Positions 45,709 to 54,271 of a stretch of 64,000 bases of DNA are shown one piece after another. Location: NCBI GenBank assembly GCA_947306745.1, contig CAMZHH010000001.1, positions 1,000-64,999 on the forward strand, read 5' to 3'. The position numbers and the translations under genes were made by a program. Each line of letters starts with the position of its first letter. Within the stretch, counting starts at the first letter, position 1. This DNA comes from an uncultured Candidatus Saccharibacteria bacterium. Lineage in GTDB: Bacteria > Patescibacteriota > Saccharimonadia > Saccharimonadales > Saccharimonadaceae. The notes under the pieces are model-generated. The model did no database searches, had not been told where the DNA came from, and saw only the letters and a list, made by a program, of their open reading frames with translations.

Positions 45709-46224
45709 ATGGCTCGCAAACAAGACGAAATGAGCTTAGACGATGAGCTCACTGCTGCCTTCCTCGACGAGAGCAGCGAACCTGGTTTAGCAGAGGAGGA
45801 ACCGGTGGAAACTCCAGCTAGCGCTCCAGTCGCTACGGTCGAAGAAGAAACCTATATCGAAGAAGATGGCGACGGTTGGGATGATGTCGATGACAACGTT
45901 CCTGGTCAGCTTGCAGTAGATGTCTACGAAACTGCCGATAAATTAGTTATTAAAGCTCGTACTGCCGGTATCGAACGCAAAGATCTCGATGTTTCTATTT
46001 CTGATAACATCCTTACTATTTCTGGTGTTCTTAATGGTGGCGAAGACGACAAGGCTACCCAATGGCACATTCAAGAGTGCTACTGGGGTGAATTCAGCCG
46101 TACTATCGCTTTGCCAGTACAAGTTAAAGAAGATGGCGTTGAAGCCGTCCTCAAAGATGGTGTTCTTACTATTTCCTTCGAAAAGGAAAAGGTTGAAGCT
46201 CCAAAGCGCATCACCATTAACTAA
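45709..46224 (+). CDS. Hsp20/alpha-crystallin family small heat-shock protein
   Basis: 171 aa with a GGAGG RBS, an acidic N-terminus and an alpha-crystallin domain (LAVDVYETADKLVIKARTAGIERKDLDVSI...DGVLTISFEK). Confidence 0.9.
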   Translation: MARKQDEMSLDDELTAAFLDESSEPGLAEEEPVETPASAPVATVEEETYIEEDGDGWDDVDDNVPGQLAVDVYETADKLVIKARTAGIERKDLDVSISDNILTISGVLNGGEDDKATQWHIQECYWGEFSRTIALPVQVKEDGVEAVLKDGVLTISFEKEKVEAPKRITIN

Positions 46225-46246
46225 TTCTTATACCATCGTCAAACCG

Positions 46247-46274
46247 AATACGCCTCGTAAGGGGCGTATTTTTA
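46247..46274 (+). terminator. intrinsic terminator of hsp20
   Basis: Hairpin atacgcc-tcgtaagg-ggcgtat followed by T5. Confidence 0.75.
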
Positions 46275-46288
46275 TATAGTACATTCAC

Positions 46289-46321
46289 AAAAAATCTTCC
46301 TCGACTACCTCGAGGAAGATT
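46289..46321 (-). terminator. intrinsic terminator of the pilin gene 46338..46706
   Basis: 10-bp hairpin atcttcctcg-actacct-cgaggaagat with T4 on the minus strand. Confidence 0.7.
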
Positions 46322-46337
46322 CACTATATATAGTATA

Positions 46338-46706
46338 TTAAGCGCCAAGCTGAGTTAATACGAAGTTCGTAATAGCAAAGGCGAGGAGAACCACGATCAA
46401 ACCAATGATACCGTAAAGAATAGTGTCTTTACCTTTCTTTACTTTAGATGCATCACCTTGGGAAGTAGCATAGCTAACACCACCGAGAATAATCATAATA
46501 ACGGCAACCATACCGACTACTACATATACAGCGTTAAGGATTAGCTGAATTTGCGATTCGAGAGTAACGTTTTTATCAGTATTTGGGTTTACGCTATCGA
46601 GACCAGTCTTAGCTTTACCGGCCGCAGCAAACGTAGAAACAGCTGGAAGAGTAGCGCTAAAGACTGTAGCTGCACATCCTTTTGCGATAGTCTTAATTTT
46701 ATTCAT
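46338..46706 (-). CDS. VirB2/TrbC-like pilin-like protein, paralog 2
   Basis: 122 aa from the ATG after the AAGGAG RBS (the ORF track starts 11 codons upstream). It has a signal peptide and the C-terminal motif IILGGVSYATSQGDASKVKKGKDTILYGIIGL. Confidence 0.75.
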   Translation of the reverse strand: MNKIKTIAKGCAATVFSATLPAVSTFAAAGKAKTGLDSVNPNTDKNVTLESQIQLILNAVYVVVGMVAVIMIILGGVSYATSQGDASKVKKGKDTILYGIIGLIVVLLAFAITNFVLTQLGA

Positions 46707-46763
46707 TTTATAGGTTTTCTCCTTATCTATACTTAGCATAACATAAACGCATTATTTTCGCCA

Positions 46764-46792
46764 CAAAAAGCGCCCTTTGAGGGCGCTTTCTC
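46764..46792 (-). terminator. intrinsic terminator between pilin paralogs 3 and 2
   Basis: Hairpin agcgccc-tttga-gggcgct with T5 on the minus strand. Confidence 0.7.
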
Positions 46793-46805
46793 TTCTATGA
46801 TTCTA

Positions 46806-47312
46806 TTACGCAGCGATAGCTTGGAGTACGAAGTTGACAATTGCAAATGCAAGAATTGCAACTACGAGACCAATGATACCGTAAAGAATGGTATCTTTGC
46901 CTTTCTTGACCTTAGAAGCATCACCTTGGGAAGTAGCATAGCTAACACCACCGAGAATAATCATTACAACGGCAACCATACCAATGACGAAGATTACAGC
47001 GTTAATAATAGTCTGAACCATCGTGTTAAGGTCGTTACCATTACAGCTTTCTGGGTTAGAAGCAAGCGAACCTGCTTTTGCACAGTCAGCAGTACTTTTA
47101 CCGTAAATAGTAGTGACGGTAGCTTTTGAGCCCGTACCTTCCTTCACGGTCGTACATTTGATAGTGAAGGTCTTATCTTGCTTTGCGGAAAGGTTTGCAT
47201 ACTCACCCTTACCGAGACAATCCTTTACGGCAGCCATAGAAGGTGCTGCAATAATAAGCACTGCAAATACGGAGAGTGCCGCAATTTCAAATGCTTTTTT
47301 AAGTTTATTCAT
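46806..47312 (-). CDS. VirB2/TrbC-like pilin-like protein, paralog 3 (Cys-containing variable domain)
   Basis: 168 aa with a GAAGGAG RBS and a signal peptide. Its C-terminal motif is identical to paralog 2 over most of its length. Confidence 0.75.
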   Translation of the reverse strand: MNKLKKAFEIAALSVFAVLIIAAPSMAAVKDCLGKGEYANLSAKQDKTFTIKCTTVKEGTGSKATVTTIYGKSTADCAKAGSLASNPESCNGNDLNTMVQTIINAVIFVIGMVAVVMIILGGVSYATSQGDASKVKKGKDTILYGIIGLVVAILAFAIVNFVLQAIAA

Positions 47313-47390
47313 GTTTTCTCCTTCTTTTATAATTTTCGAAAAACCTTAACCTTATTTTAACATAAAATAATTATTTCAATACCACTATGT

Positions 47391-47702
47391 CTAAATCGTC
47401 CCCTGTAATGCTCTAATTACGAAGTTCACAATCATGAACGCAAGTAAACAAATAACTAAACCAATTACGCCAGCGATAATGGCGTCTTTACCTTTCTTTG
47501 CTTTTCCTGGATCGCCTTGAGAAGTCGTTAATTGAACACCACCGATAATAATCGCAATTACTGCAATTACCGCAAAGAAACCAGTAACAAAATTAATAAT
47601 CGTGCCTACAGAAGACTGCAAATTGCCACTTGCACCAGTACCGCCTTGCGAGGTAGTTACCTGATCTTTAATACTTGCACCAAATACTTGAATAATATTC
47701 AT
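47391..47702 (-). CDS. VirB2/TrbC-like pilin-like protein, paralog 4 (short, no obvious signal peptide)
   Basis: 103 aa with the motif IIGGVQLTTSQGDPGKAKKGKDAIIAGVIGLVI...IVNFV. Its ATG overlaps the upstream stop (TAATG). Confidence 0.7.
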   Translation of the reverse strand: MNIIQVFGASIKDQVTTSQGGTGASGNLQSSVGTIINFVTGFFAVIAVIAIIIGGVQLTTSQGDPGKAKKGKDAIIAGVIGLVICLLAFMIVNFVIRALQGTI

Positions 47703-48076
47703 TAGCCGACTGCCCTCAAAATAAAGTTAACAATTGCGTACGCTAAAATAGCTACAATTAAGCCGATAATAGCGTAGAGAATAGTATCTTTTGCTGATTT
47801 AACTTTGCCGGGATCGCCTTGCGAGGTCATATATTTTACGCCACCGATAATAATTACAATTACCGCGATGATACCCATCCAAATAAAGACAGTGCTCAAG
47901 ATATTTTTAACATGCCCCTGCAAATCTGCCTCTGTGCCACCACCGCAAAGCGTTTGATAGTTTGGCAAGTTTTTAGCCTCAGCACTATTACAAATGTCAT
48001 CAACTGCAAATGCCGAAGTAGTTCCAATCGTAATAATCGCCACTAAGGCTACTAATACCGCTAATATTCTTTTCAC
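47702..48076 (-). CDS. VirB2/TrbC-like pilin-like protein, paralog 5
   Basis: 124 aa with a signal peptide and the motif IIGGVKYMTSQGDPGKVKSAKDTILYAIIGLIV...IVNF. Its GTG start overlaps the upstream TAG by 1 nt. Confidence 0.7.
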   Translation of the reverse strand: MKRILAVLVALVAIITIGTTSAFAVDDICNSAEAKNLPNYQTLCGGGTEADLQGHVKNILSTVFIWMGIIAVIVIIIGGVKYMTSQGDPGKVKSAKDTILYAIIGLIVAILAYAIVNFILRAVG

Positions 48077-48729
48077 TACAATGCTCCTAACACAGTATTA
48101 ACAATTGCGATGGATAGAATAACAATCAATAAACCGATTGAAGCATACATAATAGTATTCTTCGCTTTCGATACTTTGCCAGGATCGCCAGTACTGGTTG
48201 CATAATAAATACCACCGATAATAATCATCGCAACCGCTACAATCGCCGCCCAAGTAAAGGCGTGGTTAAATACGTTTACAAATATATTCTTTGCACCGGC
48301 TTCACCAAGAATGCCTGTAATCGTCTTTGAAATTGTGGATGCTAAAACGGTAATTACTAAGCCAATCATGGCATTACGAATCGTGGTTTTACCCTTAGCT
48401 GCCTTCGCTGGTTCACCTTGGGAGAACATATATAAATAACCACCCCAAATCACCATCAAAATCGCAAGATAACCTACGACACCCACCACGTCACCGACAA
48501 TATTTAATACAATTGTCCAAATCGACACGGTAATTTTATCTTCGCTCTTCCAGTTGCTATCCTCAAGCAGACAAGAGCCGGATCCAGACTTGTACCATGG
48601 AGTTAGACCCATGAAATCAGCCATCGAACCGCAGTCTGCAGCGTAAGTATTTGTAGCCAATACGCCACTAAAGCTCAACGCTAATACTGCGAAGAGGGAA
48701 GCGAATAGCAAATATATCTTCTTTCTCAT
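48076..48729 (-). CDS. tandem (two-domain) VirB2/TrbC-like pilin-like protein, paralog 6
   Basis: ~217 aa with two copies of the motif (WGGYLYMFSQGEPAKAAKGKTTIRNAMIGL and IIGGIYYATSTGDPGKVSKAKNTIMYASIGL). ATG 48729 overlaps the upstream TAA (TAATG). The ORF track offers TTG 48735. Confidence 0.7.
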   Translation of the reverse strand: MRKKIYLLFASLFAVLALSFSGVLATNTYAADCGSMADFMGLTPWYKSGSGSCLLEDSNWKSEDKITVSIWTIVLNIVGDVVGVVGYLAILMVIWGGYLYMFSQGEPAKAAKGKTTIRNAMIGLVITVLASTISKTITGILGEAGAKNIFVNVFNHAFTWAAIVAVAMIIIGGIYYATSTGDPGKVSKAKNTIMYASIGLLIVILSIAIVNTVLGAL

Positions 48730-49193
48730 TACCAAACCCTTACATTAATTACCGTTAACATGCTTGTATCAGCACCAGGCAAGATAAATCCTACCAATAC
48801 CGCCGCTAATACCCACAAAACTAGACCAATCACAATCTCAAAGATACGCTTCTTCGCTTTTTCGACCTGCGCCGCATTATCTCGGGCCGTTAGCATTGTA
48901 ATACCACAGATAATTACACCAATCGTACCAGCTACGACTACACCAGCGGTCAAAATCGTAATCACAAGCTTAATTAGGCTCATTATATCGTCACCCGAAC
49001 CATTGCACATCCATGTCAGCAATGACGCACACTCACCCTCCTCAGCGGTGTCTAATGTTTTGTCCGTCGCGGTTGGAGTATCGTCGCCCGAATCCGGATC
49101 GGCATATACACTCTGTACCGATGTTACGCCTAAGCTAAAAACCGCTAGAAATGCGGCTAATACGAGGCTAATTACTTTTCGTTTTTTCAGCAT
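48729..49193 (-). CDS. divergent VirB2/TrbC-like pilin-like protein, paralog 7 (first gene of the pilin operon)
   Basis: 154 aa with a signal peptide, a Cys pair and a looser motif (CGITMLTARDNAAQVEKAKKRIFEIVIGLVL). Confidence 0.6.
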   Translation of the reverse strand: MLKKRKVISLVLAAFLAVFSLGVTSVQSVYADPDSGDDTPTATDKTLDTAEEGECASLLTWMCNGSGDDIMSLIKLVITILTAGVVVAGTIGVIICGITMLTARDNAAQVEKAKKRIFEIVIGLVLWVLAAVLVGFILPGADTSMLTVINVRVW

Positions 49194-49389
49194 TTTTTAT
49201 CCTTTTTGACCTATCTATAATAAATTATACGATATTTTCGTAAAAAATCTCTATTTACCTAAATTATAACATAAGCGATAATATAGAGGCACAAGTAACC
49301 AAGGGAAACACTTAAACACTATATCTAGCGTAGTTATAAAGCTTATGTTCGCTAAATCTAGCGGAATGTTTAGTTTTCACTTATAATAC

Positions 49390-49418
49390 TTGACTAAAAT
49401 GCTTATGTGTGCTATAAT
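49390..49418 (+). promoter_or_regulatory. sigma-70-type promoter (TTGACT-17-TATAAT) for the T4SS-like operon, leaderless geometry
   Basis: TTGACT at 49390-49395, a 17-nt spacer, and TATAAT at 49413-49418. The ATG at 49428 is 9 nt downstream with no SD. Confidence 0.7.
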
Positions 49419-49427
49419 AAAAGAGTT

Positions 49428-52139
49428 ATGGGTAAGTGTGTTAAAAACATAATCTTATCTCTGTTAGCGACCGTATTTAGCCTAGTGGCGTTCTCCGGTC
49501 CAGTTTTTGCTGTAACCCCAAATACAACCGTAAACACGGTTACTTCTTTTGCTACCGTCACGCCAAATCCAACCAACCCAGACAACCCTGATGACCCAGA
49601 AAACCCAGAAGAGGAGACCACTACAGAAGAAAATCCTTCCTGTTACGATCAAGTCGGCGGTATTGGCTGGCTTATTTGTCCTGGTACCGGCTTCCTCGCC
49701 AATGTTATCGATGGCGCTTACGATGTTCTTGAGAATCTTATCAAGGTTAATCCAATCCCAACCGATGAAGAAAGCCCAATCCATGTTGTTTGGGAATATC
49801 TCCGTAACATCACCAATGTAGTATTTATTATCTTCCTCTTGATCGTCATCTATTCTCAGCTCACTGGTTTCGGTATTAATAATTACGGCATCAAGCGTGT
49901 TCTTCCGCGCATTATTATCGCCGCCATCCTCGTAAACCTTAGCTACATCGTCTGTATCTTTGCCGTAGATATTAGCAACATCATCGGCGGTGGCCTTCGT
50001 GGCGCTCTGAATGATATTCAGCAAGCCGCTCTCACTAGCGGAAAGGTTAGCGAGGTCGCAGCGAATGCCTCTGTTGCTGGCATCGTCGCTACAATTCTTG
50101 GTATTGGCACTGTCGGCACAGTAGTAGCATTCACTTTTGCTGGTGGCCTTAGCGGTATCTTATGGTTGTTGATCCCAATCGTCTTATCTGGCGCCATCGC
50201 CATTCTTTCTGCGGTCGTCACAATGGCGGCTCGTCAAGCACTCATCTTCTTACTCGTCATGGTATCGCCATTAGCATTCGTCGCTTATCTGTTACCGAAT
50301 ACAGAGAAGTGGTACAAACGCTGGCTCAATCTCTTCGCCAGTATGCTTTTCTTCTACCCAATGTTCAGCCTCCTTTACGGCGCTAGCCGCCTCGCAGGCT
50401 TAGTAATTATTACATCTGCCACTAACTGGCTCGGCGTCGTCTTGGGTATCGCTGTAGAAGTTTTGCCATTATTTATGTCAATTCCACTCATGCGCATGTC
50501 TAATACGATGCTCGGCCGTATCGACGGTCTCATCCATCGCGCAGGCGCACCAGTTCATGGTATGGCCGTCCGCCGCGCTACCGAAGGTCAAATTTTGGCC
50601 AAACAACGCCAACTTTCTTCCACTAGCCATCGTCCATCCACTCGTCTTGCTCAATATCTCGAGCAACGCCGCTTGAACCGCAAACTCGATACCGATGACG
50701 CTATCGCCACTGGCCACAAGATGCGCATGGCTAACTATAACCGTAGTATGTACGACAGCTACGGCCGTCTCACCAACCGCGGTCTTCGCCGTTACACTAA
50801 TATTCAACGTGGCATCGATGCCGATAATCTCATCACTAAGACCGCTATCGACTTCGATGAAGGATTCGGCGATGACGGTACCGATACTCGCGTCCGCACT
50901 CGCGATCTCCAGCGCATCCGCACCGTAAACTCCGCCTTAATCCAAGGCGTTGATACGGCTCAAATTCTCAAATCTCGCCAACGCGCAGTTGAGCTCGAAA
51001 ATACTCGTAGTCGCGCTGAGCGCATCCGTAGTGAAGCAGAGAATGAGCACTCCGAAATCCATCGCCAAATTACCTCCGCATTTAATATGCGCAACACGTC
51101 AAATAACCCAGCAGAGCAACGCGCAATTCAAAGCTCTATCAATGCAACACTTTCCGATGCTATTACTGATAGCCGTAAGGTTGACGCTATCGCCAAGGGT
51201 AACTACCGCGAACTCTACGACGATATGCCAGCCGGCCACGGCCCGCAAGATAAACTCGTCGAGGCATTCGGCCAGCAAGATTACAACTCCATGGCTGCCG
51301 CTATTGAAGTTATGGCTAAGCGTGGCGACTTCAAAGATATCCAAGAAACCCTCTTCGACAACTCTGGTGCCGTTGCTGATAATATTCGCATGCAGAAACA
51401 ACTTGCCGACTCGCTTATTACTCAAAAAGCCGACGACCAGATCCTCTGGGCATACGCTAAGGCTAATATGGTTCGCCGCGGTATGAACAGCGGTGGCAAG
51501 CAAATCGCACCATTTATCGATTTCAAGACCTTTATTAATGGTGGCACCATGCCAGGCGACGTCGATGCTGACGCTATAAAGACCACTTCGCTTGATAAGA
51601 TTCTCGAAGATGTTAAGGGTGCTGGCACCACCGCAACTCAGGACCGCACGGTCTTCAAGGCTATGCTCAGCTTTATGAAGAAGGGCGAACTCTCGGTTGG
51701 TACTGTTGACAATCCAAACCTCCATATCCCAATGAAGTATCTCCGCTCAGCTGCTGTATCTGGCGCTATGGATGGTGAGCAACTTGGTACACTTAACAAA
51801 TTCATCACCTTCGGCTTCGATCCAAACGCTACAACTCAAGATGCCTTCTTTACCGCTAACCAAGCCATTGTCCAGAAGAATATCGAAAGCTTCTTCAAAG
51901 ATATGGCCGCTTCACAGCTCGTTGGCATTAAGAGCTCTACCTTTAAGTCGATGAACTCCGCAATGCTCGCTATCGATCCAGCTTCCGCTGTCACTCAGCC
52001 AAACGGTTCCGTAGTCAGCCAGCACGTCCTCGACGCACTTGCTCCACAAATCGCTGCAGTCAGCAAGCAGAACTATACGGCTCGCGGTGGCATGAACCCA
52101 GAAATCCGCGGCATGCTCAATATTCCAGTCGATCGCTAA
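49428..52139 (+). CDS. VirB6/TrbL/TcpH-like polytopic T4SS membrane protein with ~520-aa soluble C-terminal domain
   Basis: 903 aa from ATG 49428 (the ORF track start 49407 lies inside the promoter). It has a signal/TM segment, an acidic Pro/Asn-rich segment, ~7 TM helices (aa ~120-390), then a long hydrophilic region. The call rests on topology and context. Confidence 0.6.
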   Translation: MGKCVKNIILSLLATVFSLVAFSGPVFAVTPNTTVNTVTSFATVTPNPTNPDNPDDPENPEEETTTEENPSCYDQVGGIGWLICPGTGFLANVIDGAYDVLENLIKVNPIPTDEESPIHVVWEYLRNITNVVFIIFLLIVIYSQLTGFGINNYGIKRVLPRIIIAAILVNLSYIVCIFAVDISNIIGGGLRGALNDIQQAALTSGKVSEVAANASVAGIVATILGIGTVGTVVAFTFAGGLSGILWLLIPIVLSGAIAILSAVVTMAARQALIFLLVMVSPLAFVAYLLPNTEKWYKRWLNLFASMLFFYPMFSLLYGASRLAGLVIITSATNWLGVVLGIAVEVLPLFMSIPLMRMSNTMLGRIDGLIHRAGAPVHGMAVRRATEGQILAKQRQLSSTSHRPSTRLAQYLEQRRLNRKLDTDDAIATGHKMRMANYNRSMYDSYGRLTNRGLRRYTNIQRGIDADNLITKTAIDFDEGFGDDGTDTRVRTRDLQRIRTVNSALIQGVDTAQILKSRQRAVELENTRSRAERIRSEAENEHSEIHRQITSAFNMRNTSNNPAEQRAIQSSINATLSDAITDSRKVDAIAKGNYRELYDDMPAGHGPQDKLVEAFGQQDYNSMAAAIEVMAKRGDFKDIQETLFDNSGAVADNIRMQKQLADSLITQKADDQILWAYAKANMVRRGMNSGGKQIAPFIDFKTFINGGTMPGDVDADAIKTTSLDKILEDVKGAGTTATQDRTVFKAMLSFMKKGELSVGTVDNPNLHIPMKYLRSAAVSGAMDGEQLGTLNKFITFGFDPNATTQDAFFTANQAIVQKNIESFFKDMAASQLVGIKSSTFKSMNSAMLAIDPASAVTQPNGSVVSQHVLDALAPQIAAVSKQNYTARGGMNPEIRGMLNIPVDR

Positions 52140-52192
52140 AATCATATATTATACTGAGCCAAAAATCATTTTGTTTATGTTAAAATGAAAGT

Positions 52193-53392
52193 ATGGCTCA
52201 GTATAAGGTCCCACAAGATGTTGAGGCGGACGATAAACTTCTTGGTCCGTTTACTTTTCGTCAGTTTGTGTATCTTATGATTATCGGCGGTCTTGTCGCC
52301 ATCGGATTTTTGCTCTGGCAAATTTTCCCACTATTAATTATTATTTTGATTCCACCGATTCTTTTATTAGGCGTTCTCGCCCTACCATTTAAGAAAGATC
52401 AGCCGATGGAGACTTATCTTTCTGCTATCGTTTCGTATCACTTGAAGCCTCATACTCGCATCTGGGAGCCAGGCGAGCCAGAGGCTACTATTGTTATTAC
52501 CGCACCGAAGAAAACCGATGAGGTTCACTTGAAGGGAATTAGCCAAGAGGAAGCTACTCATCGTCTGTCTTTCCTTGCCGATATCGTCGATACGGAAGGT
52601 TATGCTATTAAAGGCGGTGTCAAAGAGGAAATCTACGCTGAGGCAAATGCCACAAAAGATATCTTCGAAATGGCGCAAACTTCCACCCTTAATCAGGCAT
52701 TACAATCCAATGCTACTTCACGTCATGACGAGTTAGTCAATCAAATGCGCGAAGCTATTGAACGCAATAATTCATTCAATGCCGCGAATGGCCCAGCCAT
52801 CAATCATCATTTCAATAATCCTCAAGTTCAACCACTTAATCAGCCTACACCATATCCAAGCACTCCAGCTTATAACCCAATGCCAACTGTTGCTCCTATG
52901 CCAACGGTTACACCTATGCCGACCGTAGCACCACAACCAACTATGGATCAAGCGCCTCTTTCTGCCTATGGCGGAAATAATCTAAACACTGATCCATACC
53001 AAAATTCTTCAGCTGTCATTCAGCCAGATCTTCCATTGCCAGAAGCTACTGCTCCGCCGTCTTATGATGAGCAAATCGCCGAATCTAGCGAATATTTACC
53101 AGAAGACGAAAAAGAGCGCCTCGAAGGAAATGGCCCTTCTGAGCACCATACAGAAGAGGAGCAACCAATCTCCGAAGAAGCACAACAAGATGTAGATTAT
53201 TACGATAATACCGATGCTGACCAAGTCGACGAGCCACAGCCAGAACTGGAACCAGAGCCAGAACCAAATCAGCAAATGATTGACCTAGCTAATAATCCTG
53301 ATTTCTCGATTGAAACTATTGCGCAACAAGCCAATCGTATCAATAACGAAGAAAACAATAATAAAGACGAAGTTTACGTATCATTACATTAA
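52193..53392 (+). CDS. PrgI-family (VirB3-like) T4SS membrane protein with long Pro-rich/acidic C-terminal extension
   Basis: 399 aa. The N-terminus MAQYKVPQDVEADDKLLGPFTFRQFVYLMIIGG... plus two TM helices matches the PrgI family pattern. Confidence 0.65.
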   Translation: MAQYKVPQDVEADDKLLGPFTFRQFVYLMIIGGLVAIGFLLWQIFPLLIIILIPPILLLGVLALPFKKDQPMETYLSAIVSYHLKPHTRIWEPGEPEATIVITAPKKTDEVHLKGISQEEATHRLSFLADIVDTEGYAIKGGVKEEIYAEANATKDIFEMAQTSTLNQALQSNATSRHDELVNQMREAIERNNSFNAANGPAINHHFNNPQVQPLNQPTPYPSTPAYNPMPTVAPMPTVTPMPTVAPQPTMDQAPLSAYGGNNLNTDPYQNSSAVIQPDLPLPEATAPPSYDEQIAESSEYLPEDEKERLEGNGPSEHHTEEEQPISEEAQQDVDYYDNTDADQVDEPQPELEPEPEPNQQMIDLANNPDFSIETIAQQANRINNEENNNKDEVYVSLH

Positions 53393-53401
53393 GGAGTTAA
53401 C

Positions 53402-54271
53402 GTGCAACCACAATATCAATACCCAAATCAAACTCCGCAAATGGGCGGACAAATGATGGCCCCAATGCAAGCTGGCCAAACTCAAATGCAGCCACAAGCT
53501 AATAATCAAATCGCTACCGCCCAACCACAGCAAGGTCAAGGTCAGCCGAATGCTATCCCAGTCCCATCCAAAGAAAACCCAAACTCTACCCAGGCTACAT
53601 TATTAATATCTGAGCTTCGTGACTCTATGGTCATTATGAAAGATGGTTCTTTCCGTGCAGTGGTTGCCTGCAAATCCATCAACTTCGACCTTATGAGCGA
53701 GACTGAAAGGGAAGCTGTTGAGTATTCGTACCAAAACTTCCTTAACTCCTTAAACTTCCGTATTCAAATCCTCATCCGCTCTCAGCGCGTTGATATTGGC
53801 CCATATATTGATCGTCTCTCCGAACTTCGCCGTAATAACGACAATATGCTTCTTGGTATCTTGATGGACGATTATATCAACTTCATCGATATCCTTTCTC
53901 AGGAAGCGAATATTATGGATAAATCATTCTTTATCGTAATTCCATATTACACTTCCGCTGAAGCAGAAAAGGCTATGGAAGCTACAAAAAACTTCTTTAA
54001 GTCATTTAGTAAAACTAAAGCTCCAGCCATCAACCGCATTGACCGCGCCACCTACGATAAAGCCGTTACTGAAATTAATAACCGCGTTGAAGCTGTCATT
54101 TCCGGCCTCTTCCAGATCGGTATTCACTCAGTTCGCCTCAACACTAAGGAACTTGGCCAGCTTTATTACAACTTCAATAACCCAGATACAGCCGTTCGCG
54201 AACCACTCGGAGACTTTAATAAACTTGCGCATCTTTATGTAAAGAAAGGCGAAAAGGGAGAACAACAATAA
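53402..54271 (+). CDS. hypothetical T4SS-associated protein resembling a VirB4 N-terminal domain, Gln-rich N-terminus
   Basis: 289 aa with an AAGGAG RBS and a GTG start. The segment ISELRDSMVIMKDGSFRAVVACKSINFDLMSETEREAVEYSYQNFLNSLNFRIQIL follows the pattern seen at the N-terminus of Gram-positive VirB4 homologs. Its stop overlaps the next ATG (TAATG). Confidence 0.5.
   Translation: MQPQYQYPNQTPQMGGQMMAPMQAGQTQMQPQANNQIATAQPQQGQGQPNAIPVPSKENPNSTQATLLISELRDSMVIMKDGSFRAVVACKSINFDLMSETEREAVEYSYQNFLNSLNFRIQILIRSQRVDIGPYIDRLSELRRNNDNMLLGILMDDYINFIDILSQEANIMDKSFFIVIPYYTSAEAEKAMEATKNFFKSFSKTKAPAINRIDRATYDKAVTEINNRVEAVISGLFQIGIHSVRLNTKELGQLYYNFNNPDTAVREPLGDFNKLAHLYVKKGEKGEQQ

Noticed and set aside
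53220-53270. PELEPEPEP 27-mer shared with the PE-repeat gene, read as evidence of recombination between the loci.
   Set aside because: The sequence is low-complexity (CCA/GAA codons), so a 25/27 match can arise by convergence. It is reported only as a note within the PE-repeat finding.
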